From assembly GCA_002269645.1 (NCBI GenBank), contig NIVC01000396.1, positions 124,001 through 188,000 on the forward strand: a DNA stretch of 64,000 nt, written 5' to 3'. Position numbers and translations under genes: made by a program. Shown one piece after another: positions 1 to 11,290 of this stretch. The number at the start of each line of letters is the position of its first letter. Within the stretch, counting starts at the first letter, position 1. The notes under the pieces are model-generated. The model saw only the letters and a program-made list of their open reading frames with translations, was not told where the DNA came from and ran no database searches. The DNA is from Macrostomum lignano. Taxonomy: Eukaryota.

Positions 1-631
1 CCGGCCGTTCGGCGTGGCTGAGGACAACCCCAGGCCTTTACGCTGATTGGACGCTGTCCTAAAATCTCTTCCCCTACCAGTTTATGCCCTCAAACTTTAG
101 GACAATGCAATTTGACTGCAAGACCACTGCTGACTCTACGAGTAAGTCTTCTAGGTTGTCAGTGCAGCGGTTACATTCAAATGATCATAAAAAGTCCGCA
201 TCCGCATTAATACGAATAGCCTCATAAGCTTTCACATTCTAGCCAATAAATAGACAGTAGCTTAGTATATTTTAGTAGCTAAAAAACCAATTGCAGAGTT
301 AAGTGCAAAAGACGAAAAAAAGAGATAAACGCCTAATAATTACAAAAGCCATTGGGAACAAAAAAGTGCAAAATGCAAAGCCACAGGTAGCAACCTCTGA
401 GTACAATTAGTTGCGTAGGCAATTCGCTACTAAGTTCAGATTTACAGCTTTTGATTCTAAATCTCCAATCAAAAGCTTTTAGCTAAACGGCTTCACAGAT
501 CGAAGCTACTAAAAGCCTTGTGGCTGAGCAGATTGAAACTACTAGAATACTGAGAGCATCAATTTTAGCACTATAAATATGCAAATCGGCCCACGCAGTT
601 GTGGCTGAAGAACCCCGGAGCCCAGCCCAGC

Positions 632-3448
632 TCAGTCATGCCGAATGCTCGTCCCCGCGGTTGTGGCTGAAGCGGCTGTGGCTGCGTCAGCGTCAACGGC
701 TGCAGCGGCAGCGGCTGCGCAGTCAGCCGGCTGGGTCTGCATCGCGCTGTGGCCGAACATCAGCGAGCGTATCGTCTCGTCCAGGTGGTTCACAGACTCG
801 CGCACCGTGACGATCACTAAGCACCGAGAGCTGCCAGTCAAGTGCGGCTGCAGCAGGCGGGTGAGCTTGCTCTCACGGAAGCAGGGCCGCTGCCTTTTTC
901 GCAGATCTTCGAACACCTTGCCCAGGCTGAGCAGTGACCGGTTGATGGCGGACGCTTCGCGAAGGCCGGCGCCGCACACGCCCGACTTCTGAACGGACTC
1001 GGAGCCCGCTAGGTCGCAGAGGGTCAGGGTGCTGGTCACCGACTGACTCGTGACTGTACAGGCGTCAGTGAGATGATGGTCTGGTTACTAAGTTAGTCTC
1101 GGTGAACTATCACTGACGTCTCACTGCTCAAAACGCATAATTCTCAAATTTTTTAATGATAAAGAAGAAAAACTCACGCTCAGAGGCAGCACCACTTTCG
1201 CCGCTGACCCGCAGCATGACAATCACGTGACTTCGGGAGCTGACCCCATTGAGCCTGGTGGCCGAGTAGATTCGGGTCCGTTCGCAGCGCGCGATGCACC
1301 GGTCAATGTCGGCTTCGGACGTCACCGGGATCTCCGTGAGGCCTTGGATTGCAGCCGCGCCGCTGACGTCAGTCATGAGTTTCAGCCCCTTCGGAGCGGT
1401 GCCGCCAGCGTTGGCTGCTCGAGGCGGTCGAAGGAGATCGCGAATGTCTTCGTTGTAGACCTCAACCGCGCACATTGCGAAGCTGAACTGCCAGCCGGAG
1501 CGGCCGCGGCAAGCCCGCAGCACGGAGGCGATGGCCAGACGGTTGACGCCCGGGTTCAGCTGATCGCCAACCATGGTGTGGGTCTTGCCTGTCTGGGAGC
1601 CGGTTGGGGAGGAAGCTGCTTGAAAGGATCGTAAAAATCTGTACAATAAGCTTTCTTGTTTAAGCCTGGTGACGCGTGTGACTCCCTGATCTACTTGATC
1701 TGATTGATGATGCATCCAGAATATGCTTTTCATTTGCCGGTCACGATTCTTTAGTCTGCAGCTGGGTCACTTCGATTCATCCGCTCCGAGGTTCATTGCT
1801 CTACTTTGGGGATCTTTTGCGACGACTTGTTTTGCTCCTGCTGTAGATCGTAGCACGATTATTAAAGATCCCTAAGCAAGCCCTACAGTTTTCAATGACA
1901 ATCACGAAAGCATCAGTTAGCCTCACCGCTGCCCGTCTGTCCGTAAGCCATGATGCAGACATTGTGGCCGCTGCAGCAGGAGCCGACGAGCTCCGTCATG
2001 GCGCCGAACACGCAGGCGCTCGAGCTCTCCGGACCGAACACTCGGTCGTAGTAAAAAGCGCGGCTGTCAAATGAGTTTAAACTGGCGTTGGCGCCGGGAA
2101 CGCCGCGCGTCCGCAAGAGAATTTTGCACCTGCCGGCAACCTTCAACAGGCCGGCGCTATCGTCTGGGCGAATGCGCACAAAGATGCGCAGCTTGCCGCG
2201 TCGGTCGTCCGGAATCGCGCGACCGCCGGCCGCGCCATCCATCCCCCACGAGGCCACTGAACTCGGCGTCGACAACCGGCACCGCTGCTGATGCGGAGAC
2301 GGCTGGCGGTGGCTGGGGAGCATCGTCATGGACATCGATCTAGTCGTGCGAGACTCCTCCTCGTCCAGGTCGCTCCTGTCGTCGTCCTCTTTCGCAATTG
2401 AAGCTGCTTCAACTGCCGCTGTAGCCGCTGCCGTAGTTGCCGCGTGCAACTGCTCCGAGAGGTGGCACACCTGCAGCATTGCTTGATCTCTTTCAGTTTT
2501 CAGTCGGCGGGCGAGCTCCTTCAGCTGGCGGCGCTGCTCCTTGGCATCGCGTAGCACTCTCTTCAGCTTGGCTTGCCGAGCGCGCAGGCAGCGGTTTTCG
2601 CGCTCCGCCTGTTGTACGCGGTTGACCAGCTCTCCTACGAAGTCCTGGCTGGCGGCACTGGAGGAGGGATTGAGGGCCGGAGTGGTCCGGAGTGTGCATA
2701 GTCATAAATTTTCCCACTTTATCTGCAAGGTGTCGAATAGCCAAGCTTGCTGCCTTATCGCCCAGATGTAGCGACATAATTATGAATTTTAGAGACTGCT
2801 AAATGGAGTAATTTGGTCTTACAAAAATCAGGAACCCTAGTAGGTAAAAAATGCAAATCATAAATTGGAATTTAGATTATCCGCTCACCGCTCTCTGCAG
2901 TCTCCAGTGCCTAGATCGCTGAGCCGCGGCAGATTCGTTGAGCTTTGGTCGCCGGCGGCACCGCTGCCTGCGACTCCCTGCTGCAACTGCGCCGCCTCTT
3001 CTAACGTCGCACGCAGCCGAGCCTCGAGTTGACGCAGCTCGGCCCGCAGCGCAGGCGGACAGAGTCGCAGTCGCCTGTGGAAGTCGCTCAGTTGGTCGGT
3101 GCACTCAAAAGCGCGCAGGGCGGCGCACTCAGCCGGTGCCAGATAGGCCTGTGGACCACGTTGAAGCCTTTCCGAAGCACCTGGAGGTTCATCGGTCGCT
3201 TCGGTGGAGGCTGCAAGCAGGCGACGCCGGTCGCGAGCCATGTTTGCCAGCGCGGCGGTCAGCGCGGATAGCAGGCGCGCCAGGCGCTCTCGGGCTGTTA
3301 TCCACGGTCCCGTCGCCGTCTCATCTGTAGTAGCTGCTGCTGGTGAAGTTGGAGATGCTCCGCTAGCGCCGCCAGCGCTGCAGGAAGCCGATCGGCTGTG
3401 GGAACTTTGGCAGGCGGAGCCGAGGGTAAAGCGATCAGCCGCTGACAT
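632..3448 (-). CDS. C-terminal-motor kinesin (kinesin-14/KIFC-like), 4 exons, about 707 aa
   Basis: Exons 3448-2889, 2657-1927, 1588-1178, 1053-632 joined by GT-AG introns in consistent phases (2,1,1), total 2124 nt. Motor motifs: RIFVRIRP, YDRVFGP, AYGQTGSG|KTHTM (P-loop split by intron), EVYNEDIRDLL, SSRSH, DLAGSE, FRESKLTRLLQ. N-terminal coiled coils precede the motor. Confidence 0.9.
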
Positions 3449-3685
3449 AGCAGTGGGCAGTTACACTAATTAGACATGATTATAATTATGTTGATGGCTT
3501 ACTGCTTAACCCAATTTAGTTATTAGCTACTTTAGTAGACTTCTTTCGGGAAATGGTCTAATATCTGCATATTTAGATGGCAACGGTTTCAGCCATAGAA
3601 AACACTAAAGAACAGGAGATTGCTGATAGGACTGAAATGAGTCCCTTATATGCCTTATTTTTGTTCAGCTAACAGCTTGGCTCAT

Positions 3686-4436
3686 TATAGCATTTTGCAG
3701 CCCATTTGGGCTTACGCGCATTTAATTTAATCCAAGATACGTTTGCCAATGTAACGGAGCTTTTGTCTATGGTAGCAAGGCTGGCGCAGCAGCATTTAAT
3801 TTGGTCCAACAAGCATCGATTTGGTCCAAACACTCGTGAGCCATTGGACAAACTCTTGCCTTCTCTCAACCGTCTGCAGGTTTTTGCGCACCGCTGGAAT
3901 GTCAGCGTCTCTACCAAAAATTTTCAGTGTCTTTTCCAGAGCTCTGCTGATAGTCGAAATCTGATAACCAACTGGAGCTGTTCCTTCAACTTCTGCTGCA
4001 TTTTCTGAAACGTCAACAAAGGGTTCGTCTCTACTGCATCGAGTAGCAGTTGGACCTGAGGCTCTCGAGCAACTTTCCTTGGCGATTGCCACCCTTTCGC
4101 AGGCAATCTCTGCCGGCAGAGTTTCAAGGCGCTGCTGGATGCTGTAAACCACCTTTTCTTTTACATTCAGCAACCTTGCAATGTCCTTTGGGTGTTCACC
4201 TCCGTCGAGTGCTTCGATCACAAGCCAATGACATTCGTTCAATAGCCTAGCATATGGTCCACAATTCTGGGACTGAGCTGCAAATGAACTAAATGGACCA
4301 AATTGATGCTTGTTGGACCAAATTAAATGCCGCTGTGCCAGCCTTGCTACCATAGACAAAAGCTCCATTACTTTGACATACGTATCTTGGATTAAATTCA
4401 ATGCGCGTAAGCCCAAATGGGCTGCAGAAAGCTATA
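3686..4436 (-). mobile_element. Tc1/mariner-IS630-type DNA transposon, internally deleted (non-autonomous)
   Basis: About 143-bp imperfect TIRs (3686-3828 vs 4293-4436) ending in TATA on both sides (TA TSD-compatible). Interior encodes frameshifted N-terminal HTH remnants (VIEALDGGEHPKDIARLLNVKEKVVYSIQQR; ISTISRALEK; ERRQEFVQWL). No DDE domain. Confidence 0.8.
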
Positions 4437-4489
4437 TTAACTCAATCTAAAAAGAACGCACACATCGACCGACTGATATGCCTCTGGAT

Positions 4490-4637
4490 CAGGGGTCGGC
4501 AAACTCTATTCGGTCTCTCACCTCATTTCCCTTCTTCTCTCATACATCTCAATTTATTTTCTCTGCAGTCATGCAGTCATGCGCTAGTCTCTAGTTTTTA
4601 TATCTGACCCTTAAATTGAAAAAATTGCCGACCCCTG
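4490..4637. mobile_element. 148-bp MITE with hAT-like termini
   Basis: Perfect 13-bp TIR CAGGGGTCGGCAA ... TTGCCGACCCCTG. Flanks (CTCTGGAT / ATCTACGA) are not a clean TSD. Confidence 0.65.
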
Positions 4638-4749
4638 ATCTACGAGCGTATGATCTGGAGTTTATCTGCAATGATGTAACTCATTCGCTGTAGCGCACTT
4701 TAATAATAACCTTCTCGAATTTTCGTCATCCTATTTCTAAAAGTCAAAC

Positions 4750-4846
4750 CAGCCGTGTCCCACTCGTGAGGCCATTCTATCCTTGGAAAACACGGCATTG
4801 CAGCCCAGTAATGAATGCAGCGGTGGGACAAAATGGGACACGGCTG
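4750..4846. mobile_element. 97-bp MITE
   Basis: Perfect 13-bp TIR CAGCCGTGTCCCA; direct repeat GTCAAAC at 4743-4749 and 4847-4853 (7-bp TSD). Confidence 0.75.
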
Positions 4847-4882
4847 GTCAAACATTCATTATCTTTAGTGCTCACCACCCCC

Positions 4883-6013
4883 TCAACAAAGGACACACAA
4901 GACACATAGCTGGCGAGCAGACGAGGTGAGAGAGCCTGGCAACGGAGCCCCCAACACCAAACAAAAGCAGGCGCGAAAGGAAAAGCAAAGCAAAAGGAAC
5001 GCAGCGCCGAAAGCTGCATCGCCCGGCGACAAATAGCAGTTCACTGCGTCGCTGCGCCAGTCGCCCACGCTCTGGATCTCCCTGACTGACAGACCGAAAC
5101 GCGCTGCCCAGGTGGCTGCACCCCTCCGCAAGCTGTGCACGGAGTAGCCTGCCGCGCTGATGCCCGCCTTATTGAGCCATCACTTGAACTGCACGTCCAA
5201 CATCCGGGATGTCAGAGAGGCGCTGCCGGCTGAACCGCCTGAGGTGGTGAACAGGCCCTGCTGCGGTAGCTTCAAACGATTGCAGCGAATATGATCTCGC
5301 AGCGCCGTGACGGGACAGAGCGGGTGACCGGGCGTCAGCTGCGGCAGCAGTACCCGGTGGCTCCTGCCGAACTGGTTGCTTTTCCCATAGCTGGACAGCA
5401 GAAGCAGACCGTCCTTGCACTCCGACAGAGAACTGAGCCGCAGCACTGGCGGATCAGCGCGCCCAACAGGCAACAGGCTGGACTTCCTAAACATACCCCA
5501 CCAGGCGCACATGACTGCCGCCCAGCAAGCAGCTTGGGCTGGGTTCGAGCAGTCAGCTTGGCGACGCAGCCTTGTTAAAATCTCGGGAGACACAGGCAGC
5601 TTGCGGCTCGGCTCCGCCCCGAGCTCGAGCTTGGCTCCCCGCAGCACCAGGTGCAGCAACGGATGCTTGGTCAGATCTGGCGCCCCTGCCAGCTGGAAGT
5701 TGGCGGAGAGAGCACTGATGTGCACGCGGACGCTGCCGAAGGAGCTGAGCCGGCCATCCACGAGTCGGGCAACGTAATTCGCGAGGTCCTCCGCCCGGCA
5801 GCAGAGCGGGTCGAGCCACCGCTCGAGACAGAAGCGTTGCCAGGAGCGGATGGTGGACAACAGCGACTTCTTGGATGATGAGGCATAGGCCTGCTGGAGA
5901 AGCTTGGCGGCGGCGGCGTCGAGAGACCCAGGGAGGCGACCTGCAAAAGGAGAAAGGCGGCGGTGGGAGGGCTGAGCGCATGACTGGCAAACTCTTGCGG
6001 GCTGACACAACAT
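4883..6013 (-). pseudogene. Tyrosine recombinase with one in-frame stop
   Basis: MFRKSSLL (R), GKSNQFG (K), HPLCPV, HSLRRGAA (HxxR), GDW, AVNCYL (Y). ORFs 5180-6013 and 4883-5140 are in one frame, separated only by TGA at 5182-5180. Confidence 0.85.
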
Positions 6014-6590
6014 GTTGCATAGGCTCGCAACACAAAATTAACCAATTCTTGACGGCAGTGCAGACGGGAAGCTGCGTCAGCAAACAGCTGGAACCGGCCA
6101 GGCACATGATGGGCGGTAACCATCACGTTCTGCTTCAGGCAAAGCAGAGCAACAGTTTGCAGCAGCCGCAGCAACCGGGGCTCCCTGGAAGACCCCTTGT
6201 TGATGATCGGGCAGGTGGCGGCGTTGTCGCAGTAGACAGCGACCCGGCAGTTGTGCAGCTGATGGCACCAGCGCAGCAAGGCCAGCAGGACCGCAGAAGC
6301 CTCCTTGTAGTTGATGCAGCACTCGCTGAAGACGCCGCCAGCATCGACATCCGACTTCAGGTAGCACCAGTCAAAACCAGCCGGGTCACGCAAAATAGCT
6401 GCCGCTCCCACCAGGCAGGCGTCCGTCTCTATGGCAACCGGTCTCCTGTCCGTGGGCCAAATTTTACGACCTCGCTGCTGCCGCAAGGCCACCTTCCACC
6501 AGCCGAGGATGCTTCTCAACTGGTCATCCAACAATAGCCGATCCTTAGAGCTTGACAGGTTGCTGACGCGGTACCCGGCGCCGCTACCAA
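5671..6590 (-). pseudogene. RNase H domain of Ngaro/DIRS pol, with no RT upstream
   Basis: LGWW connection motif, ETDACLVG, INYKEASAV, YCDN..IINKGSS, HVPG..FADAASR; the frame overlaps the YR ORF. No YxDD-type RT upstream in any frame. Confidence 0.85.
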
Positions 6591-7467
6591 TCCAAGGTCG
6601 CGGTCACCGAGCTGTCCCAGGCGCCGGCACCCGCCTGCTGCACCCTGAACTCGTTGTCGTAGCGCAACACGCGACCGCGGTCGAAACCGAGGTCAAGGAG
6701 GTCGCCGATCTTGGCTGCGTGCTTCAGGTACTCGAGCAACTCCAACATGTCGATGGCGCCGTCTCTGAGAACAAGAAGCCTGCCGTCCTTCAGCATCTGC
6801 ATCAGCGCATTTGCATTCCCGGTAATCCAGTCACCAACAGACAGAATGTCCAGAGTGAACTGCTTCCCCGCCTGGCTCGATTTGTTCAGTGACAGCAGCC
6901 GCTTCCGAGTGCTGATGAAGTCTGGCACCCGATACGTGCTCGGATGCTGCTGTCCTGGCTGCTGCACTTCATTTGGCCCTCCAGTTGTGGGTCCCAAAAC
7001 CAAGTCCTCAAGGTATGAGTACTCACCGGGTACCGCGACATTCGGTGGTCGTTGCGGCGGCTCATCAACCGCGGGCCGGCCGCCCAGCTGCCGGATCTCA
7101 GCCTCCATGCGCGCTTGATCCCGGCGAATCGTCAGTAGGCGCAGCTGCTTCTCCGCCTCCAGCAGCTCACGGTCTAGCTCGCCAGTCCCGTGGGTCTCTC
7201 CGCCGCCCTCCTGTCGCCGGCTGTCGCCCTCCTGTCGCCGGCTGTCGCCCTACTGTTGTCTGAAGACATCTCGCTGAGCTCCTGCCTCCTTGGATGATCG
7301 CTGCTGTCACGATCGCCGATGAGTCCAGAGATCGATGCTGATTGGGCTCCTGCTGAGTCTCGTGCCTCCGCCTGTCGGAGTCTCTCTTGCAAGGTGTGTT
7401 TGTTTCCAGCAGTGTGCAGGCCACGCAAGGCGTGCGCAGCTCCTTTACAGTCATAGGGCTGTGACAT
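6584..7467 (-). pseudogene. Gag-like ORF (frameshifted) with N-terminal SAP-like motif and coiled coil
   Basis: MTVKELR / RGLHTAGNKHTLQERL split over two frames; ELDRELLEAEKQLRLL coiled coil; C-terminal RYDNEFR..AW motif resembling Ngaro gag. Confidence 0.6.
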
Positions 7468-8535
7468 GACTCAGCAGTCCAAAAATTTTTTCCAAAAAAA
7501 TTCAAGCGCGCAGCGAGACAAACTCAGCCTAGCCCGCAGGCATAAAAACCCTCCCGAGGGAGGGGGTGGGCGCAAGCCGGGGGGTTTGGCGGTGTACACA
7601 AACGCCGGTTAGTGCTGGCAGCACAAACCAGCTCATTTCCAGAAACTTCTTGTACGTGTCACAACGTAAGGCCAAAAATACTCCTTCATGGGACGCTTTA
7701 TGGCAGGAAAATAGACAGAAGTTGATGGGTTAGTTTAGAAGCATACAAGCTAGATTTTCATTTTAATATGGATTAAATAACCATATCTTGAGGTTTAAAA
7801 CAAAAGTTCACAATATGTACTTCTTTAACTTCGTTGGTATATAATTTGCATATGGGATTATTATCTTATTTGTTGTAGCGTTGCAGAAGCTCTTTTTTAA
7901 TTTTTTCAATGCCTGCAGAGCGCGGGCCTTGAAAGCGCGGTGTCCGGGAGGCCACCACTCTCCAGCGAGCGTGCCCAGTAGCCCGTAAAATGGCGTAAAT
8001 GTTTCTCGTAGCGCAGGATAAGATTGCTTTCCATCAAATTAGGGGCCTTTATAGGCCTTTAATATTTAAGTTTCCTTTAAATCAATTTTCTTTATAATTT
8101 TCGACTGACAAATTTTAAGTATCAAATTAAATTAAATTTATTTACTTGTTAGGCCTACAAAGTTTTTATCAAGGACGACTTAAGTAGAAGGACGGGAAAC
8201 CTCGTTTCTTAGAAAATTTTTGAAGGCACTTTTTCCCGAAAAAATACACTGCGGAGATAGAAAATTTTCATTTTTTCAGCACAAAAATTGCTATAACTTT
8301 TGATAGGAGGCAGATCCAGTGTTGATCTTTTGATATGTTGTGCCTTTTTTATTGCTCTATCGATATTTATAAAGCTTTCCGTTCAGAAAATTAGGATTCT
8401 ACTAGCAATCTTCGCCCCCCGATGGGGGACATCTGGATAGAATCTCTGTTTTCTAAAGTAACAAAAAGACAGCCAAAAATCCTTCAAAAAGACAACAGAC
8501 AAACTGCTCAAATGAAGTGCATTGCAAAAAGAAAT

Positions 8536-8975
8536 CATCCCAAGACTGCAAGCATCCCCCAGATAGCAAGCATCCCCTAGATAGCAAGCATCCCCAAGAT
8601 GGCAAGCATCCCCCAGATAGCAAGCATCCCCCAGATTGCAAGCATCCCCCAGATAGCAAGCATCCCCAAGATAGCAAGCATCCCTCAGATAGCAAGCATC
8701 CCCCAGATAGCAAGCATCCCCCAGATAGCAAGCATCCCCCAGATAGCAAGCATCCCCCAGAAAGCAAGCATCCCCCAGATAGCAAGCATCCCCCAGATAG
8801 CAAGCATCCCCCAGATAGCAAGCATCCCCCAGATAGCAAGCATCCCCCAGATAGCAAGCATCCCCCAGATAGCAAGCATCCCCCAGATAGCAAGCATCCC
8901 CCAGATAGCAAGCATCCCCCAGATAGCAAGCATCCCCAAGATAGATAGCATCCCCAAATAGCAAGCATCCACCAG
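8536..8975. repeat. 18-bp minisatellite (CCCCAGATAGCAAGCATC)n inside element A
   Basis: Direct reading; the same unit occurs inverted at 15482-15885 inside element B. Confidence 0.95.
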
Positions 8976-9059
8976 ACAATAAGTAGCTAGTGCGACAATT
9001 TCCTTAGCATTATAGCGGCTCCTTTAAAATTCGCTTACTTTTACGTTTGAAATTGTGTA

Positions 9060-11290
9060 TCTTTTTATGTTTAACAGGGTGGCTCTTTTATGTTCTACGC
9101 TCGTACATGGTAACTCTTTTATGTTTGATACGGTGGCTTTTCAATGTCTGACATAGTGGCTCTTCTATGTTTGACATGGGGGCTCTTCTATGTTTGACAT
9201 GGGGGCTCTTCTATGTTTGACATGGGGGCTCTTCTATGTTTTACAAAGTGGCTTTTTAATGTTCAAAAAGGTGGCTCTTTTATGTTTGACATGGTGGCTC
9301 TTTAATGTTTGACATGGTGGCTCTTTAATGTTTGACATGGTGGCTCTTTAATGTTAGACAAAGTAGCTCTTTAATGTTTGACATGGTGGCTCTTTAATGT
9401 TAGACAAAGTAGCTCTTTAATGTTTGACATGATGGCTCTTTAATGATAGACATGGTGGCTCTTTAATTTTTGACATGGTGGCTCTTTAATGTTGGACATG
9501 GTGGCTCTTTAATGTTAGACATGGTGGCTCTTTAATGTTCGACATAAAGTCACTTATATGTTTGACATGATGGCTCTTTTATGTTTAACATGGTGGCTCT
9601 TTAATGTTTGACATGGTAGCTCTTTTATGTTCGACATGGTGGCTCTTTAATGTTCGACATGGTGGCTCTTTTATGTTCGACATGGTGTCGCTTCAATGTT
9701 TGACATGGAGTTACGTATATGTTTTACATGGTGGCTCTTTTATGTTCGACGTGGTGGCTCTTTAATGTTTGACATGGGGTCTCTTCAATGTTTGACATGG
9801 AGTTACGTATATGTTTGACATGGTGGCTCTTTAATGTTTTACATGGTGGCACTTTCATGTTTGACCTGGTGGCTCTTAAATGTTTGACATGGTGGCTCTG
9901 TAATGTTTGACATGGTGTCTCTTTAACGTTTGACATAGAGTCATGTATATGTTTGACATGGTGGCTCTTAAATGTTTGACATGGTGGCTCTTTAATATTT
10001 GACATGGTGGCCCTTTTATGTTCGACATGGTGGCTCTTTAATGTTTGACATGGAGTCATATATATGTTTGACCTGGTGGCTCTTGTATTTTTAACACGTT
10101 GGCTCTTTAATGTTCGACATGGTGGCTCTTAAATGTCTAACATGGAGTCACGTATATGTTTGACATGGAGTCATGTATATGTCTGGTATGGTAGCTCTTT
10201 AATGTTTTACATGGAGTCACCTATATGTTTCACATGGTGGCTATTTTATGTTTGACATGGTGCTTCTTAAATGTTCGACATGGTGGCTCTTTAATGTTTT
10301 ACATGGTGGCACTTTCATGTTTGACCTGGTGGCTCTTTAATGTTTGACATGGTGGCTCTTTAATATTTGACATGGTGGCCCTTTTATGTTCGACATGGTG
10401 GCTCTTTAATGTTTGACATGGAGTCATGTATATGTTTGACCTGGTGGCTCTTTAATGTTTGACATGGTGGCTCTTTAATGTTTTACATGGTGGCACTTTC
10501 ATGTTTGACCTGGTGGCTCTTTAATGTTTGACATGGTGGCTCTTTAATATTTGACATGGTGGCCCTTTTATGTTCGACATGGTGGCTCTTTAATGTTTGA
10601 CATGGAGTCATGTATATGTTTGACCTGGTGGCACTTTCATGTTTGACCTGGTGGCTCTTTAATGTTTGACATGGTGGCTTTTTAATATTTGACATGGTGG
10701 CACTTTCATGTTTGACCTGGTGGGTCTTTAATGTTTGACATGGTACCTCTTTTATGTTCGACATGGTGGCTCTTTAATGTTTTACATGGTGGCTCTTTAA
10801 TGTTTGACATGGTGGCTCTTTAATGTTTGATAAGGTGGCTCTTTAATGTTTGACATTGTGGCTCTTTAATATTTGACAAGGTGGCTCTTTAATGTTTAAA
10901 ATGGTGGCTCTTTAATTTTCGAAATGGTGGCTGTTTTATGTTTGACATGGTGGCTCTTTAATGTTCGACATGGTGGCTCTTTAATGTTCTTAATGGTGTC
11001 TGTTTTATGTTTGACCTGGCGGCTCTTTAATGTTTGACATGGTAACTCTTTTAGGTTTGAAATGGTGTCTCTTTAATGTTTGCCATTGTGGCTCTTTAAT
11101 GTTTGACATGGTGGCTTTTTAATGTTCGACATGGTGGCTCTTTTAGGTTTGAAATGGTAACTCTTGTATGTTTGATATGGTGGCTCTTTTATGTTCGACA
11201 TGGTGGCTCTTTAATGTTTGACATTGTGGCTCTTTAATGTTTGAAATGGTGGCTCTTTAATGTTTCGACATGGTGGCTCTTTAATGTTGA
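9060..11290. repeat. 23-bp minisatellite (TTTAATGTTTGACATGGTGGCTC)n inside element A
   Basis: Direct reading; higher-order variant blocks are present. Confidence 0.95.

Larger units (their letters stand above)
4870..7570 (-). mobile_element. Ngaro/DIRS-type tyrosine-recombinase retroelement derivative (gag - RNase H - YR; RT absent)
   Basis: Gag-like ORF, DIRS/Ngaro-type RNase H and an overlapping tyrosine recombinase in the canonical order on the - strand. Boundaries are approximate; no split direct repeats or long ITRs seen. Confidence 0.8.

Noticed and set aside
1-110. Small inverted repeat (TGTCCTAAA / TTTAGGACA) and CCAAT-like box at the window start
   Set aside because: Too short to interpret without upstream sequence.
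5180-5182. TGA in the recombinase as selenocysteine or programmed read-through
   Set aside because: Not a catalytic Cys position, no SECIS evident, and the element has other lesions.
4875-7569. 10-bp inverted match CCACCCCCTC / GAGGGGGTGG as DIRS ITRs
   Set aside because: Too short and low-complexity; used only as an approximate boundary. No Ngaro split direct repeats were found either.
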